Origin: Bacteroidota bacterium
GTDB taxonomy: Bacteria; Bacteroidota; Bacteroidia; Bacteroidales; VadinHA17
DNA: 64,000 bases
Direction of reading: 5' to 3'
NCBI GenBank assembly: GCA_011049175.1
Contig: DSCJ01000118.1
Location: 16,392 to 80,391 of the forward strand
The position numbers and the translations under genes are program-made. The notes beneath the pieces are model-generated. The model was not told the origin of the DNA and searched no databases. It saw only the letters and a program-made list of their open reading frames with translations. This document shows positions 47,734 to 57,605 of the stretch, one piece after another. How positions within the stretch are numbered: the first letter of the stretch is position 1; each line of letters starts with the position of its first letter.

Positions 47734-47741
47734 CAAATATA
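47734..47741 (-). promoter_or_regulatory. candidate -7 promoter box TATATTTG (minus strand) for queD-polA-moaD-like
   Basis: Plus-strand CAAATATA at 47734-47741, 23 nt upstream of the queD ATG (47711). Confidence 0.4.
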
Positions 47742-47770
47742 GGGAGTTTATTTCTTCCTTCCGGATCGGG

Positions 47771-47801
47771 AAAGAAAAAGAAATACCCGGTCAGTACCGG
47801 G
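47771..47801 (-). terminator. Rho-independent terminator after the ArsR-family gene
   Basis: Stem CCCGGT/ACCGGG with a 4-nt loop (47786-47801), followed on the minus strand by TATTTCTTTTTCTTT. Confidence 0.5.
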
Positions 47802-47836
47802 CATTACCATAACACATCCTTTGCAGAATCGACCGA

Positions 47837-48145
47837 TTATTCCAGCGTGCATTGACTAACACATTCAATAATCTGGCTCAGGTTGTTGTGTTTCAGAAAA
47901 TAGTACGTGTTTTTTCCATCCCTTTGAGAAGCCAGCACTCCTTTGTCTTTCAAAATACCCAGGTGATGGGAGGTGGTTGACTGCTCAATGTTCAGCAGTT
48001 CATGAATCTCGGTAACCGTCAGTTTCTTCCCTTCTTCCAGGTAATTGAGTATTGCAATCCGCATGGGATGCGCAATGGCTTTCAGCATGTTGGCTGCACG
48101 TTCAAGCTGTTCGGTACTTAACTCATTTATTTTCATTTTTTGCAT
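47837..48145 (-). CDS. ArsR/SmtB family transcriptional regulator
   Basis: Trimmed to ATG 48145 (MQKMKINELSTEQLERAANMLKAIAHPMRIAILNYL). Winged HTH present. The canonical ELCVCDL metal site is absent (this ORF reads LTVTEIHELL). Confidence 0.85.
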   Translation of the reverse strand: MQKMKINELSTEQLERAANMLKAIAHPMRIAILNYLEEGKKLTVTEIHELLNIEQSTTSHHLGILKDKGVLASQRDGKNTYYFLKHNNLSQIIECVSQCTLE

Positions 48146-48173
48146 CCGATAGTAGTTACAATTCAGACATGTG

Positions 48174-48181
48174 CAAATATA
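48174..48181 (-). promoter_or_regulatory. candidate -7 promoter box TATATTTG (minus strand) for the ArsR-family gene
   Basis: Plus-strand CAAATATA at 48174-48181, 29 nt upstream of ATG 48145. Confidence 0.4.
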
Positions 48182-48365
48182 TGAATATATCATTCACCTT
48201 GAACCTCCCGATAAAGATAATTCGGAAAATTCAACGAATTGAAGGCAAATTTAATGTATTTATTCTAAATAAATTCCAAATAAACGCCCAGAAGGAGGGT
48301 CGTTGAATTACATCCTGCCTGGTTGGTCATGAAATTATTATCTTTGAAACCTTAATTCCATCGTT

Positions 48366-49340
48366 GTGGCAAACATTGAACAGATCAGGGAGCCCATCCG
48401 GGAGGAAATGAAACGGTTTCACAGTCATTTCGCCTCCTCCATGAAAAGCCAGATCCCTCTTCTGAATTTGATCACACAATACATACTTCGCCGGAAAGGA
48501 AAACAGATGCGGCCCATGTTCGTTTTTCTGACAGCCCGGCTGTACGGGGAAATTACCCCATCGGCCTATACAGCCGCCTCACTTATCGAACTATTGCATA
48601 CGGCCACGCTGGTACACGACGATGTGGTGGACCATTCGTATGAACGCCGGGGCATATTCTCCATCAACGCCCTCTGGAAAACGAAAATTGCCGTTCTGCT
48701 GGGAGATTATCTTCTGGCCAAAGGTCTTCTCCTTTCGATGAACAGCGGTGAATATGAACTTCTTGAAATTGTTTCGGAAGCAGTTAAGGAAATGAGTGAA
48801 GGGGAGTTGCTGCAAATTCAGAAGTCCAGGAAACTGAATATTTCCGAGGAAGAGTATTTCGAAATCATTCGGAAAAAAACGGCAACCCTGATTGCAGCCT
48901 GTACGGCCTGCGGGGCCAAAGCAGCAGGCAGAAGTCAGGAAGAGATCAGCCGCATGAAATCTTTTGGAGAAAAGGTAGGCATTGCCTTCCAGATTAAGGA
49001 CGATATATTTGATTATCAACGCAATAGTTTAACCGGAAAACCTGCCGGCAACGATATTCAGGAAAAGAAGCTCACCCTTCCTTTGATCTATGCCCTCCGT
49101 CATGTCAATTCCCGCATAAGGAGAAAGATACTGGGAATTGTAAAAAATCACCGGGATAACAGGAAAAAGGTGCAGGAAGTGATATCTTTTGTACGTGAAA
49201 ACGGGGGAATTGAATATGCCGAAGCACAGATGAATGCTTACAGAAAGCTGGCCCTGGAGCTACTTGAGCCCATTCCTCCTTCACCCGCCAGAGATTCGCT
49301 GATTCAACTGGTTGAATACACCATTTCCCGCGAAAAATAA
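48366..49340 (+). CDS. ispB: polyprenyl diphosphate synthase (IspB-like)
   Basis: GTG start. First Asp-rich motif LVHDDVVDHSYERRG and second FQIKDDIFDY. Chain length not determinable by eye. Confidence 0.8.
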   Translation: MANIEQIREPIREEMKRFHSHFASSMKSQIPLLNLITQYILRRKGKQMRPMFVFLTARLYGEITPSAYTAASLIELLHTATLVHDDVVDHSYERRGIFSINALWKTKIAVLLGDYLLAKGLLLSMNSGEYELLEIVSEAVKEMSEGELLQIQKSRKLNISEEEYFEIIRKKTATLIAACTACGAKAAGRSQEEISRMKSFGEKVGIAFQIKDDIFDYQRNSLTGKPAGNDIQEKKLTLPLIYALRHVNSRIRRKILGIVKNHRDNRKKVQEVISFVRENGGIEYAEAQMNAYRKLALELLEPIPPSPARDSLIQLVEYTISREK

Positions 49341-49343
49341 CGT

Positions 49344-51149
49344 TTATCCCTGGTTCATGAAATACCGGTTCAGAATTTCTGCACGTTTCGCACCCACGAT
49401 CTTTGTCCATTCCCCATACCCGGCATTTTTAATCTGTTCCCAGGTTTGAAACCGGTCATATAACTTTTTCACCGATTCTTTTCCTATCCCCTTCAGTTGT
49501 TCGAGCTCTGATACAGTAAACGGTCCGGATCTTTTTCTCCGGTGAAAGCCGATACCGAACCGGTGTGCCTCGTTCCGCATATGCTGGATTACCCGAAGTG
49601 TTTCCGAGCGTTTATCCAGGTACAGCGGGAGAGAATCGCCCGGATAAAATATTTCTTCCAGGCGTTTTGCAATGCCAATTACAGTCACTTTCCCCCGCAG
49701 GCCCAGCTTATCCAGGCTGTTCACAGCAGCATTCACCTGTCCTTTGCCTCCATCGATCACCACCAGCTGGGGAAGTTCCTTCTTTTCCCGCAACAGGCGG
49801 CTGTATCTTCGCGTGACCACTTCTCCAATGGAGGCCACATCATTGATCCCCTGCACAGTTTTAATATTGTAATGCCTGTATTCCTGCCTGCTGGGCCGGG
49901 CATTCCTGAAAACCACACAGGCTGCCACCGGATAACTACCCTGAAAATTCGAATTGTCAAAACATTCCATCAAAACAGGCAGGGAGCGTAGTTTCAGGTC
50001 ATTTTTAATGGTTTCAAGAACACGTTTTTCCGGATCTTTCCGTAGTTTCTGCTTCCGGAATTCCTGCCGTTCCTTTCGGTAATACTGCGCATTTCGTAGT
50101 GACAGGTTGAGAAGCTTTTTCTTATCACCCCTGTGGGGGACATGAAACCGTGCGTTATCCATTTCCATTCCCGGATGAAAAGGGACCAGGATTTCGCGGG
50201 TCCGGCTTCCCGTTCTCTGCCTCAGCTCTGTTATGACAGAAAGGATGATTTCTTCCCTGGATTCCTGCAGTTTCTTTTTCACTTCCACCGTATGGGCATT
50301 GATCACGGCTCCATGAAATACTTTCAGGTAATTTACATAGGCATAATGTTCATCTTCACAGAGGGAAAAAACCTCCACCTGGTCAATTTTCGGGCTCACC
50401 ACGGTCGATTTGCTCTGGAATTTCTCCAGTATACCGAGTTTTTCTTTCAGAGCAGCTGCTTCTTCATACCTGTATTCTGCCGCTTTCTCTTTCATCCTTT
50501 CTTTCAGAAACGACATCACCTTTTCGGTATTACCCTTGAGTATCAGCCGTATCTGCCCGATCGATTCCATATAATCCGCCTCTTCCTGCCATTTCACACA
50601 GGGCGCCCTGCAATTTCCCAGATGATATTCCAGGCAGGGTCTGAACTTTTTCTTTTCAATATTTTCTTCACTCAGGTTGTAGTTACATGTACGCAAAGGA
50701 TAGACTTTACGTATCAGGGAAAGCAAGGTGCGTACCACGACGGCCGAAGTATAGGGTCCGAAATATTCCGATCCGTCGTGAATGACATTCCGGGTAGAAA
50801 AAACGCGGGGAAAACGTTCATTTTTAATAACGATCCATGGAAAACTTTTATCGTCTTTCAGCTGAATATTATAGCGCGGCTGATACTTTTTCACCAGGCT
50901 GTTTTCAAGCAACAGAGCATCTGATTCCGTGTCCACGACGATATGCCGTATATCCTGGCATTTGCCGAGCATTACTTTTGTTTTTCCGTTTGTTTCGCGG
51001 CCGAAGTAGGAGCTAACCCGCTTCTTCAGATTTTTGGCTTTACCGATATACAATATTTTTCCATCCCGGCCGACAAACTGGTAAATTCCGGGGGTTTCAG
51101 GAAGCCGGGCCGCTTTTTCCTTCAGTTGCTCACGCATTGGCTCATTCAT
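49344..51149 (-). CDS. uvrC: excinuclease ABC subunit C
   Basis: GIY-YIG (PGIYQFVGRDGKILYIGKAKNLKKRVSSY), a UVR domain, an endonuclease V-like domain and a C-terminal HhH2. Confidence 0.95.
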   Translation of the reverse strand: MNEPMREQLKEKAARLPETPGIYQFVGRDGKILYIGKAKNLKKRVSSYFGRETNGKTKVMLGKCQDIRHIVVDTESDALLLENSLVKKYQPRYNIQLKDDKSFPWIVIKNERFPRVFSTRNVIHDGSEYFGPYTSAVVVRTLLSLIRKVYPLRTCNYNLSEENIEKKKFRPCLEYHLGNCRAPCVKWQEEADYMESIGQIRLILKGNTEKVMSFLKERMKEKAAEYRYEEAAALKEKLGILEKFQSKSTVVSPKIDQVEVFSLCEDEHYAYVNYLKVFHGAVINAHTVEVKKKLQESREEIILSVITELRQRTGSRTREILVPFHPGMEMDNARFHVPHRGDKKKLLNLSLRNAQYYRKERQEFRKQKLRKDPEKRVLETIKNDLKLRSLPVLMECFDNSNFQGSYPVAACVVFRNARPSRQEYRHYNIKTVQGINDVASIGEVVTRRYSRLLREKKELPQLVVIDGGKGQVNAAVNSLDKLGLRGKVTVIGIAKRLEEIFYPGDSLPLYLDKRSETLRVIQHMRNEAHRFGIGFHRRKRSGPFTVSELEQLKGIGKESVKKLYDRFQTWEQIKNAGYGEWTKIVGAKRAEILNRYFMNQG

Positions 51150-52804
51150 GTGTTTTCTCCCCCATTTGGGATAAACATGGGTATGAAAGAAAATGTTTCT
51201 GTGTCGAACAATCCTTTTTCTCCCAGTTTGATATGGGGAATAACCAGCAGCGACAGGAAGGAAAGTGTCATAACCGGGGCATGCAGGGTGGACCCCATGG
51301 AACGTATAAGGCGGTTGATTCCCTGATATCTTGAAGCCACCCAGGGAGCATCCCGGTCAGACATCAGACCGGCCACGGGCAAAGGTAAAAGGTCTGTTTT
51401 TTCGCCCTTTTTCGCCACTACCCCGCCCCGGTTTTCCATGATAACCCTTGCCACATCATATATATCTTCGTCGTTTACCCCAACAACCAGAATATTGTGA
51501 CTGTCGTGTGATATGCTTGATCCGAATGCGCCTTCCCTGAGACCGAATCCCCTGACGAAGGCAACTGCCGGAGGCATGGACCGGTACCGGTTGATATACA
51601 CCAGTTTGAGCAAATCCCTTCCGGGATCAGCCACAACATATTCTCCTTCCCTTTTCGGTTCACAAATTATTCTTTCTGTCAGCAGCTCCCCGTCAACAGC
51701 TTGAATGACAATCATTTTCCCCTTTCCTGCTTTTACCCGGATATCGGAATCATGTAGTGATGAGGAATGGAAGCGGTTAATGATACCCGGTTTTTCCACG
51801 TGGAACATAGTTTGTCCCTCTCTGTAAACACACACCCCTTCAATATATGTTTCGAGCACCTGCATATTTTCCGGATGGTCCACCACGATAAAATCGGCCG
51901 GGTCGCCTTCCCTGAGCAAACCAACATTCAAACCATAATGATTTACAGGATTCATCGTGGCAGCACGCAATACATCAAACAAATCGTATCCTTTCCTGAC
52001 GGCCCTTTTCACCAGCATATTGATATGCCCGTTTATCAGATCATCCGGGTGCATGTCGTCCGTACAAAACATCAGGGATGCGGCATATGACTTCATTAGA
52101 GGTATCAGTGCCTCAAAATTTCTTGCTGCACTCCCTTCCCGGATCAGTATCTTCATCCCATTATTTATTTTTTCCTCTGCTTCTTCCAGCGTTGACGCTT
52201 CATGGTTAGTTGAGATTCCTTCCCCAATATACTTTTTTAACGGTTCCCCTTTTAATCCCGGGGCATGACCGTCAATTGGTTTGCCAAACTCCCTTGCAAT
52301 ATTAATTTTTTCGATTACGTCCCGTTGTCTTGTAATGACCCCCGGGAAATTCATCATTTCTGCAAGGTAGGTTATATCCTCCCTTTTCATCAACTCACGA
52401 ATTTTATCACTACCTAATTTCGCACCAGATGTTTCCAATTCAGTAGCAGGCACACATGAGGAAGCACCGAATGCATACTTTACCGGCACTTTCTTTCCTT
52501 CCCTTATCATATAATCTATCCCTTCCATTCCCATTACATTGGCTATTTCATGCGGATCCGACACTACGGCTACTGTACCGTGCCTGACACATTCCCTTGC
52601 AAAATATCCGGGTGTCAGCATGGAACTTTCTATATGCACATGTGCATCAACCAAACCTGGCATAATAAACCGATCATTTTCCTCCTTTGTATCAGGCGTC
52701 CGTGAGATTTTATATATTTTTCCATCTTTTACCATTATCTCGCCACGGTAAATTTTCTTTTTCGTGATATCTACCACCCTACCTTTGACTTTATAATTTT
52801 TCAT
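51146..52804 (-). CDS. ade: adenine deaminase
   Basis: Amidohydrolase motif PGLVDAHVHIESSM, SDPHEIANV, and a full-length C-terminal Adenine_deam_C-like half. ATGA overlap with the uvrC start. Confidence 0.9.
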   Translation of the reverse strand: MKNYKVKGRVVDITKKKIYRGEIMVKDGKIYKISRTPDTKEENDRFIMPGLVDAHVHIESSMLTPGYFARECVRHGTVAVVSDPHEIANVMGMEGIDYMIREGKKVPVKYAFGASSCVPATELETSGAKLGSDKIRELMKREDITYLAEMMNFPGVITRQRDVIEKINIAREFGKPIDGHAPGLKGEPLKKYIGEGISTNHEASTLEEAEEKINNGMKILIREGSAARNFEALIPLMKSYAASLMFCTDDMHPDDLINGHINMLVKRAVRKGYDLFDVLRAATMNPVNHYGLNVGLLREGDPADFIVVDHPENMQVLETYIEGVCVYREGQTMFHVEKPGIINRFHSSSLHDSDIRVKAGKGKMIVIQAVDGELLTERIICEPKREGEYVVADPGRDLLKLVYINRYRSMPPAVAFVRGFGLREGAFGSSISHDSHNILVVGVNDEDIYDVARVIMENRGGVVAKKGEKTDLLPLPVAGLMSDRDAPWVASRYQGINRLIRSMGSTLHAPVMTLSFLSLLVIPHIKLGEKGLFDTETFSFIPMFIPNGGENT

Positions 52805-52832
52805 TTTTTTAATTTTTGTTCCACGTGGAACA

Positions 52833-54704
52833 CTACCTTCTCATATAAACTAATAATACATGTATGTCAGATGGCGATACTCCGCTGATCCTGCTGGCCT
52901 GTCCAATGGTTTTTGGTCTCAGTCTATTTAGTTTTTGTCTTGCTTCGGTTGAAATACTGCTTAACTCATCAAAACGTATATCTTCCGGTATTTGTATATT
53001 TTCCAGTCGTTTCATTTTTTCAACCAGCAATTTCTCCCTCTCTACATACCCCTTATACTTCATAAATATTTCAACTGATTCTATAATCTCATCCTTTTTG
53101 TCGTTAAATTCTTCTGCTATTTTTCCTATTTTTTCTACCTGTAAAGCCATCTGCTTTACTGTTACCTCGGGTCGTAAGATCAGGCTTTTCGCCTTTACCG
53201 TTTGCTTTATTTTACTGGAACCTATACTTTCTAGATAAGGATTTACCTCTTCCTTTCTCAAACTCATCTTATTTAATATTTCGACCATTTTATCCCGTTT
53301 CCGGTATTTTTCTTCCATCCTTTTCATCCGTTCATCCGTAACCATACCTAACCTGTATGCCTTTTCGGTTAAACGTTCATCCGCATTATCCTGCCGCAAT
53401 AACATCCGGTATTCCGCTCTGGATGTAAACATTCTATAAGGCTCGTCCACACCTTTACTGACCAGATCATCAATCAATACCCCTATATAACCTTCTTCCC
53501 TCCCCAGAACGAATTCTTCCTTTCCATGGCATTTTGCGTGTGCGTTGATTCCGCTTATCAGTCCCTGTGCTCCGGCTTCTTCATACCCGGTTGTTCCGTT
53601 CACCTGGCCTGCCATAAACAGACCCTCTATCATATTTGATTCCAGGGTGTGTTTTAATTGTGTCGGATCAAAATAATCATATTCTATTGCATATCCCGGT
53701 CTGAATATTTTAACTTTTTCAAGTCCCCTGATATTTTTCATCGCCTCATACTGCACTTCCCATGGAAGGGAGGAACTGAATCCGTTCAGGTAATATTCCA
53801 CCGTGTTCCATCCTTCCGGTTCCAGAAACAACTGATGCCTCTCTTTTTCTGAGAATGTGACAATTTTATCCTCTATGCTTGGGCAGTATCTTGGGCCAAT
53901 ACTTTGAATAGTTCCGTCAAACAACGGGCTGTATTTTATTCCCTTCCTTATAATTTCGTGTACTTTCTGATCTGTATGGACAATATAACAGCTCTTCTGC
54001 CTTTCCGGCCCTCTTCTCTCAGTCATATACGAAAATGCTCCCCCTTCTTCATCTCCCTTTTGCTCGATCATTTCTGCAAAATTAACCGTTCTCCCATCAA
54101 TCCTGGCAGGCGTACCGGTCTTCATCCTTCCTGTTTTCATTCCCAGGCTTCTGAGTTGTTCAGTAATCCCTTTCGAAGGGAGTTCACCGATTCTTCCTCC
54201 TTCAGCTTTTTGTTTTCCTATATGTATCAGCCCGTTTAAAAATGTTCCGCTAGTGAGAATCACCGTTTTCCCGGAAAATTTGTTTCCCATCAATGTTTTT
54301 ACTCCATGTACTCTATGCTTCTTAATTTCCAGCCCTGTAACCACGTCCTGCCAGAAGTGGACTCTTTCATTCTTTTCCAGTTCTTCCCGCCAGTACCAGC
54401 TGAATAGCATTCTGTCACACTGGGCCCTCGGGCTCCACATAGCCGGTCCTTTTGACCTGTTCAGCATCCGAAACTGGATCATGCTTCTGTCAGTTACAAC
54501 GCCCGACATCCCCCCCATGGCATCCATTTCTCTTATGATCTGCCCTTTTGCAATTCCACCCATTGCCGGATTGCATGACATCTGCGCAATTTTTGTCATA
54601 TCCATGGTAACAAGCAATACACTCGACCCAAGCTTTGCAGCAGCAATGGCGGCCTCACTTCCGGCATGCCCCGCCCCAACAACTATCACATCGTACTTTT
54701 CCAT
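52833..54704 (-). CDS. mnmG: tRNA uridine 5-carboxymethylaminomethyl modification enzyme MnmG
   Basis: FAD motif YDVIVVGAGHAGSEAA, MSCNPAMGGIAKG, and full-length GidA pattern. Length 623 aa. Confidence 0.95.
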   Translation of the reverse strand: MEKYDVIVVGAGHAGSEAAIAAAKLGSSVLLVTMDMTKIAQMSCNPAMGGIAKGQIIREMDAMGGMSGVVTDRSMIQFRMLNRSKGPAMWSPRAQCDRMLFSWYWREELEKNERVHFWQDVVTGLEIKKHRVHGVKTLMGNKFSGKTVILTSGTFLNGLIHIGKQKAEGGRIGELPSKGITEQLRSLGMKTGRMKTGTPARIDGRTVNFAEMIEQKGDEEGGAFSYMTERRGPERQKSCYIVHTDQKVHEIIRKGIKYSPLFDGTIQSIGPRYCPSIEDKIVTFSEKERHQLFLEPEGWNTVEYYLNGFSSSLPWEVQYEAMKNIRGLEKVKIFRPGYAIEYDYFDPTQLKHTLESNMIEGLFMAGQVNGTTGYEEAGAQGLISGINAHAKCHGKEEFVLGREEGYIGVLIDDLVSKGVDEPYRMFTSRAEYRMLLRQDNADERLTEKAYRLGMVTDERMKRMEEKYRKRDKMVEILNKMSLRKEEVNPYLESIGSSKIKQTVKAKSLILRPEVTVKQMALQVEKIGKIAEEFNDKKDEIIESVEIFMKYKGYVEREKLLVEKMKRLENIQIPEDIRFDELSSISTEARQKLNRLRPKTIGQASRISGVSPSDIHVLLVYMRR

Positions 54705-54721
54705 GCCATTCTTTTTTTAGG

Positions 54722-54729
54722 CAAAGATA
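54722..54729 (-). promoter_or_regulatory. candidate -7 promoter box TATCTTTG (minus strand) for mnmG
   Basis: Plus-strand CAAAGATA at 54722-54729, 17 nt upstream of the mnmG ATG (54704). Confidence 0.4.
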
Positions 54730-54760
54730 CGATATTGCAATAAATCTTTATTTTTATGGA

Positions 54761-55180
54761 TTACTCAGGGAATCGTTCGAGATAATAATCTTCTTTTTCC
54801 TTCATTATTCTTTGTTCGTCCCTGTTGTTATCGAGATAACCAATCAGATGCAATATTCCGTGTATCACCACTCTTCTCCATTCCTCACGGGTAGTCACCC
54901 CCCACTGTATGGCATTTTCTGTTACCGTATCCAAACTAATATATATTTCCCCTTCAATTTCTATCCCTCCATTCATTGGAAAACTGATGACATCAGTACG
55001 GTATGACCTTCCAAGAAATTTCTTATTCAATTTTATTATTTCCCTGTCTCCGGTAGTAATTATATTGATCCTTTTACTCTTTTTCCCCTCTTTTTCGATA
55101 ACATACTGTATCCATCGGACAACTTTCCTCTTTTTTTCCCTGAACGGAAGCTTTTTCTCGAAAAACAGATATACAGACAA
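54761..55180 (-). CDS. ybeY: rRNA maturation RNase YbeY
   Basis: Zn motif HGILHLIGY and TDVISFP. TTG start as given by the track. Confidence 0.85.
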   Translation of the reverse strand: MSVYLFFEKKLPFREKKRKVVRWIQYVIEKEGKKSKRINIITTGDREIIKLNKKFLGRSYRTDVISFPMNGGIEIEGEIYISLDTVTENAIQWGVTTREEWRRVVIHGILHLIGYLDNNRDEQRIMKEKEDYYLERFPE

Positions 55181-55183
55181 TGT

Positions 55184-55582
55184 TTATATTTTAAATACCA
55201 TCACAATTTGCTTCCCCTTTTTATTGAATACAACCTCATCCGATAGCTGCCTTATCAGAAATACACCCCTCCCGTGTATGTTTTCAATGTTTTCAGGGGC
55301 CGTGGGATCAGGAATACTCTCATAATCAAACCCTTCTCCTTCATCTTCCACAATGATTTCCAGTTCTCCGTTGTTCTTTTTAAATTCCACCTCAACAAAT
55401 TTTTCCGGATTTGATCTGTTTCCATGTATTATGGCATTGTTGACCGCTTCAACCGTTGCTATCAATATTTTTCCATACATATCGGAATTGAAATCCTGCT
55501 CATTGGAGATTTCATCCACCATCATTTCTACTAACCGTAGATTTGACGGTATAGAGGAAATATTTATTTTTCTCTGCATCAT
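55184..55582 (-). CDS. RsbW/SpoIIAB-like anti-sigma regulatory ATPase (HATPase_c_2)
   Basis: Trimmed to ATG 55582. N-box AVNNAIIHGN, G-box EDEGEGFDY, HGRGVFLIRQL. Confidence 0.75.
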   Translation of the reverse strand: MMQRKINISSIPSNLRLVEMMVDEISNEQDFNSDMYGKILIATVEAVNNAIIHGNRSNPEKFVEVEFKKNNGELEIIVEDEGEGFDYESIPDPTAPENIENIHGRGVFLIRQLSDEVVFNKKGKQIVMVFKI

Positions 55583-55653
55583 GGTAAACCGGTTCAAATA
55601 CTCTTTTATACTGCTTTTTCTTCTTCAGGGTTACCTTTATCTTATCTATTTAT

Positions 55654-56847
55654 CTATTCTGCACTTAGCCATTGTTGAGGATTCAATTTCTCGTTTTCTT
55701 CCCATATTTCCAAATGTATGACTGTTTTCCCTTCATTGTCATCATCCGTAAATATTTTCCCAATCTTTTGCTTTACCTGTACCTTTTCCCCCGTTCTTAC
55801 ATATACATCAATTAAATTAGCATACATTGTCAGATAATTTCCATGTCGTATTATGACAACTCTGTTTGCTCCCGGAATAGTTGTAACCAGGCTTACCTCT
55901 CCATCAAACAAAGCCCTGGCTTCTGATCCCTTTTCTGTTGTTATATCAATGCCATTATTGTTTAGTTTCACTCCTTTCAGAACCGGATGCTCATGCTCTC
56001 CAAATAATCCGGTAATTATTCCTCTTTCTGTAGGCCATGGCAGTCGTCCTTTATTATTTCTGAAATTATGATCGATCAATTCCTGTTCAGGGGAAAGCTT
56101 CATTTTCCCTGTCTCCCTTCTTTTTGCCTCAGCAGATATAATTTCCCTGATTGTTTTTTCCAGCCTGGCTGCAATTTCTTCGCTTTCTTTTAATTCTTTC
56201 CGTAGCTTTTGTTCCTGGTTTCTCAATCGTGCTATCATTGCCTGTTGCGAGCTTTTTCTCCTTTTCAGTTCATCATTCTCCTTCCTTTTTTCTTCCAGCA
56301 ATTTGTTTTTTTCTTTTCTTTTTTCCTCCAGTGAAGCAATTTCCCTCAACAATTCTTTCCTGCTTTCTTTTATACTTTCAGACTTAGCCTGTCTATACCT
56401 CGCAAGTTTTTGCATGTATTTAATTCTCTTATAGGCCTGATTGAAATTTTCAGATGACAGTACAAAAGTCAATGGTTGATAACACTTTGTTTCACGGAAA
56501 GCCTGCATTATGACGTTTCTGTATTGATCCATTTCTTTTTCCAGCTCTTCGTTCAACAGCCCTATTCTTTTTTGTCGTTTTTCGACATCTTCTTCCAGCA
56601 GTTCCAACTCAAAAGTAATGTTATCTATCACTTTCCCTCTCAATTCTATTTCTGCTGCAATAAAACCCAGTTGTGTAATTCCTTCCTCCTTTTTCTTGCT
56701 TGTTTCATCAATTAGCTTTCTGGTGTATTCTATTTTTTTTCTTGTATTTTCTTTTTCTTTCTCAAGTTCCGATAAATTCTGCCCGCACAGGGTTGCATAC
56801 ACACCTGATATTATCATTATCAACACATATATTCTTCTCTTTTTCAT
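55654..56847 (-). CDS. EnvC-like murein hydrolase activator (coiled coil + degenerate M23/LytM domain)
   Basis: Signal peptide, ~230-aa coiled coil, and a C-terminal LytM fold (NNGIDI...IIRHGNYLTMYANL...VIHLEIWE). Confidence 0.8.
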   Translation of the reverse strand: MKKRRIYVLIMIISGVYATLCGQNLSELEKEKENTRKKIEYTRKLIDETSKKKEEGITQLGFIAAEIELRGKVIDNITFELELLEEDVEKRQKRIGLLNEELEKEMDQYRNVIMQAFRETKCYQPLTFVLSSENFNQAYKRIKYMQKLARYRQAKSESIKESRKELLREIASLEEKRKEKNKLLEEKRKENDELKRRKSSQQAMIARLRNQEQKLRKELKESEEIAARLEKTIREIISAEAKRRETGKMKLSPEQELIDHNFRNNKGRLPWPTERGIITGLFGEHEHPVLKGVKLNNNGIDITTEKGSEARALFDGEVSLVTTIPGANRVVIIRHGNYLTMYANLIDVYVRTGEKVQVKQKIGKIFTDDDNEGKTVIHLEIWEENEKLNPQQWLSAE

Positions 56848-57605
56848 ATACCGTTACTTCTTAATTTTCGGTAACCCGCCGGTATTTTTATGTTCATTTC
56901 TGTCTCCCGGTTTATAATATACTCCTCCAACTCGATGATGCATCGCATCATCTTTTCACCGGTTTTGATATCCAATTCTATTTTTTCCGGTAATACTATA
57001 CCTTCCCCGGCGCTTTTATTCTTATAGGTAAAAGAAATTTCATTATGTAATATCCTCAGTACAATTCTCCTGTTCATTTGCTTCTCTGTTCCCTCTTCCT
57101 TTTCTATCTCACATCCACCATCCGATTTGCTTATAGTTTTATTTTCCGTTTCTTCTATGACACTTTCTTTCACCGGGATTTTACCCATCATCAATAACAT
57201 GGGCCAATCATTATCAAGCATAACTCTACACTCTCCAAGGTACCTTTTCATATCAACTATATTCACAACCCTATCCACTCTGTTCAGTATGGTCAATGTA
57301 TCATTCATGATCCACACCCTAGCCACCTCTATATTCATCCCGCTTCTGATTGAAAGCATTACTCCTTTTCCCCTAATGGCCTTTATATACCCTTTAAATT
57401 TCCCTGACCATCCGTTTTCTTCATAAATGTATAATTTATAGGAAGATATTACCAAAGTATTTATTTCGTCCAATTCCCCAACTTCGGTTCTGGTTCCATT
57501 CTTCTTTTCCGATACCATTTTCTTTGTTTCACTACATTGCATCATCGTAATGGCCAGTAAAACGGAATAAAAACAAACGAATAGTTTTCTCTTATTTATT
57601 TTCAT
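56844..57605 (-). CDS. DUF4292-like lipoprotein
   Basis: Lipobox LAITMMQC. ATGA overlaps on both sides. Family call from memory of the TPR-DUF4292-M23 gene order in Bacteroidota. Confidence 0.6.
   Translation of the reverse strand: MKINKRKLFVCFYSVLLAITMMQCSETKKMVSEKKNGTRTEVGELDEINTLVISSYKLYIYEENGWSGKFKGYIKAIRGKGVMLSIRSGMNIEVARVWIMNDTLTILNRVDRVVNIVDMKRYLGECRVMLDNDWPMLLMMGKIPVKESVIEETENKTISKSDGGCEIEKEEGTEKQMNRRIVLRILHNEISFTYKNKSAGEGIVLPEKIELDIKTGEKMMRCIIELEEYIINRETEMNIKIPAGYRKLRSNGI

Noticed and set aside
50133-50924. 263-aa ORF antisense to uvrC; similar cases are 14685..15350 opposite the TPR gene, 18583..19260 opposite the anti-sigma gene and 29982..30590 opposite the TonB receptor
   Set aside because: In each case the opposite strand encodes a protein with clear family motifs. 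The shadow ORF translations are F/H/R-rich and featureless.
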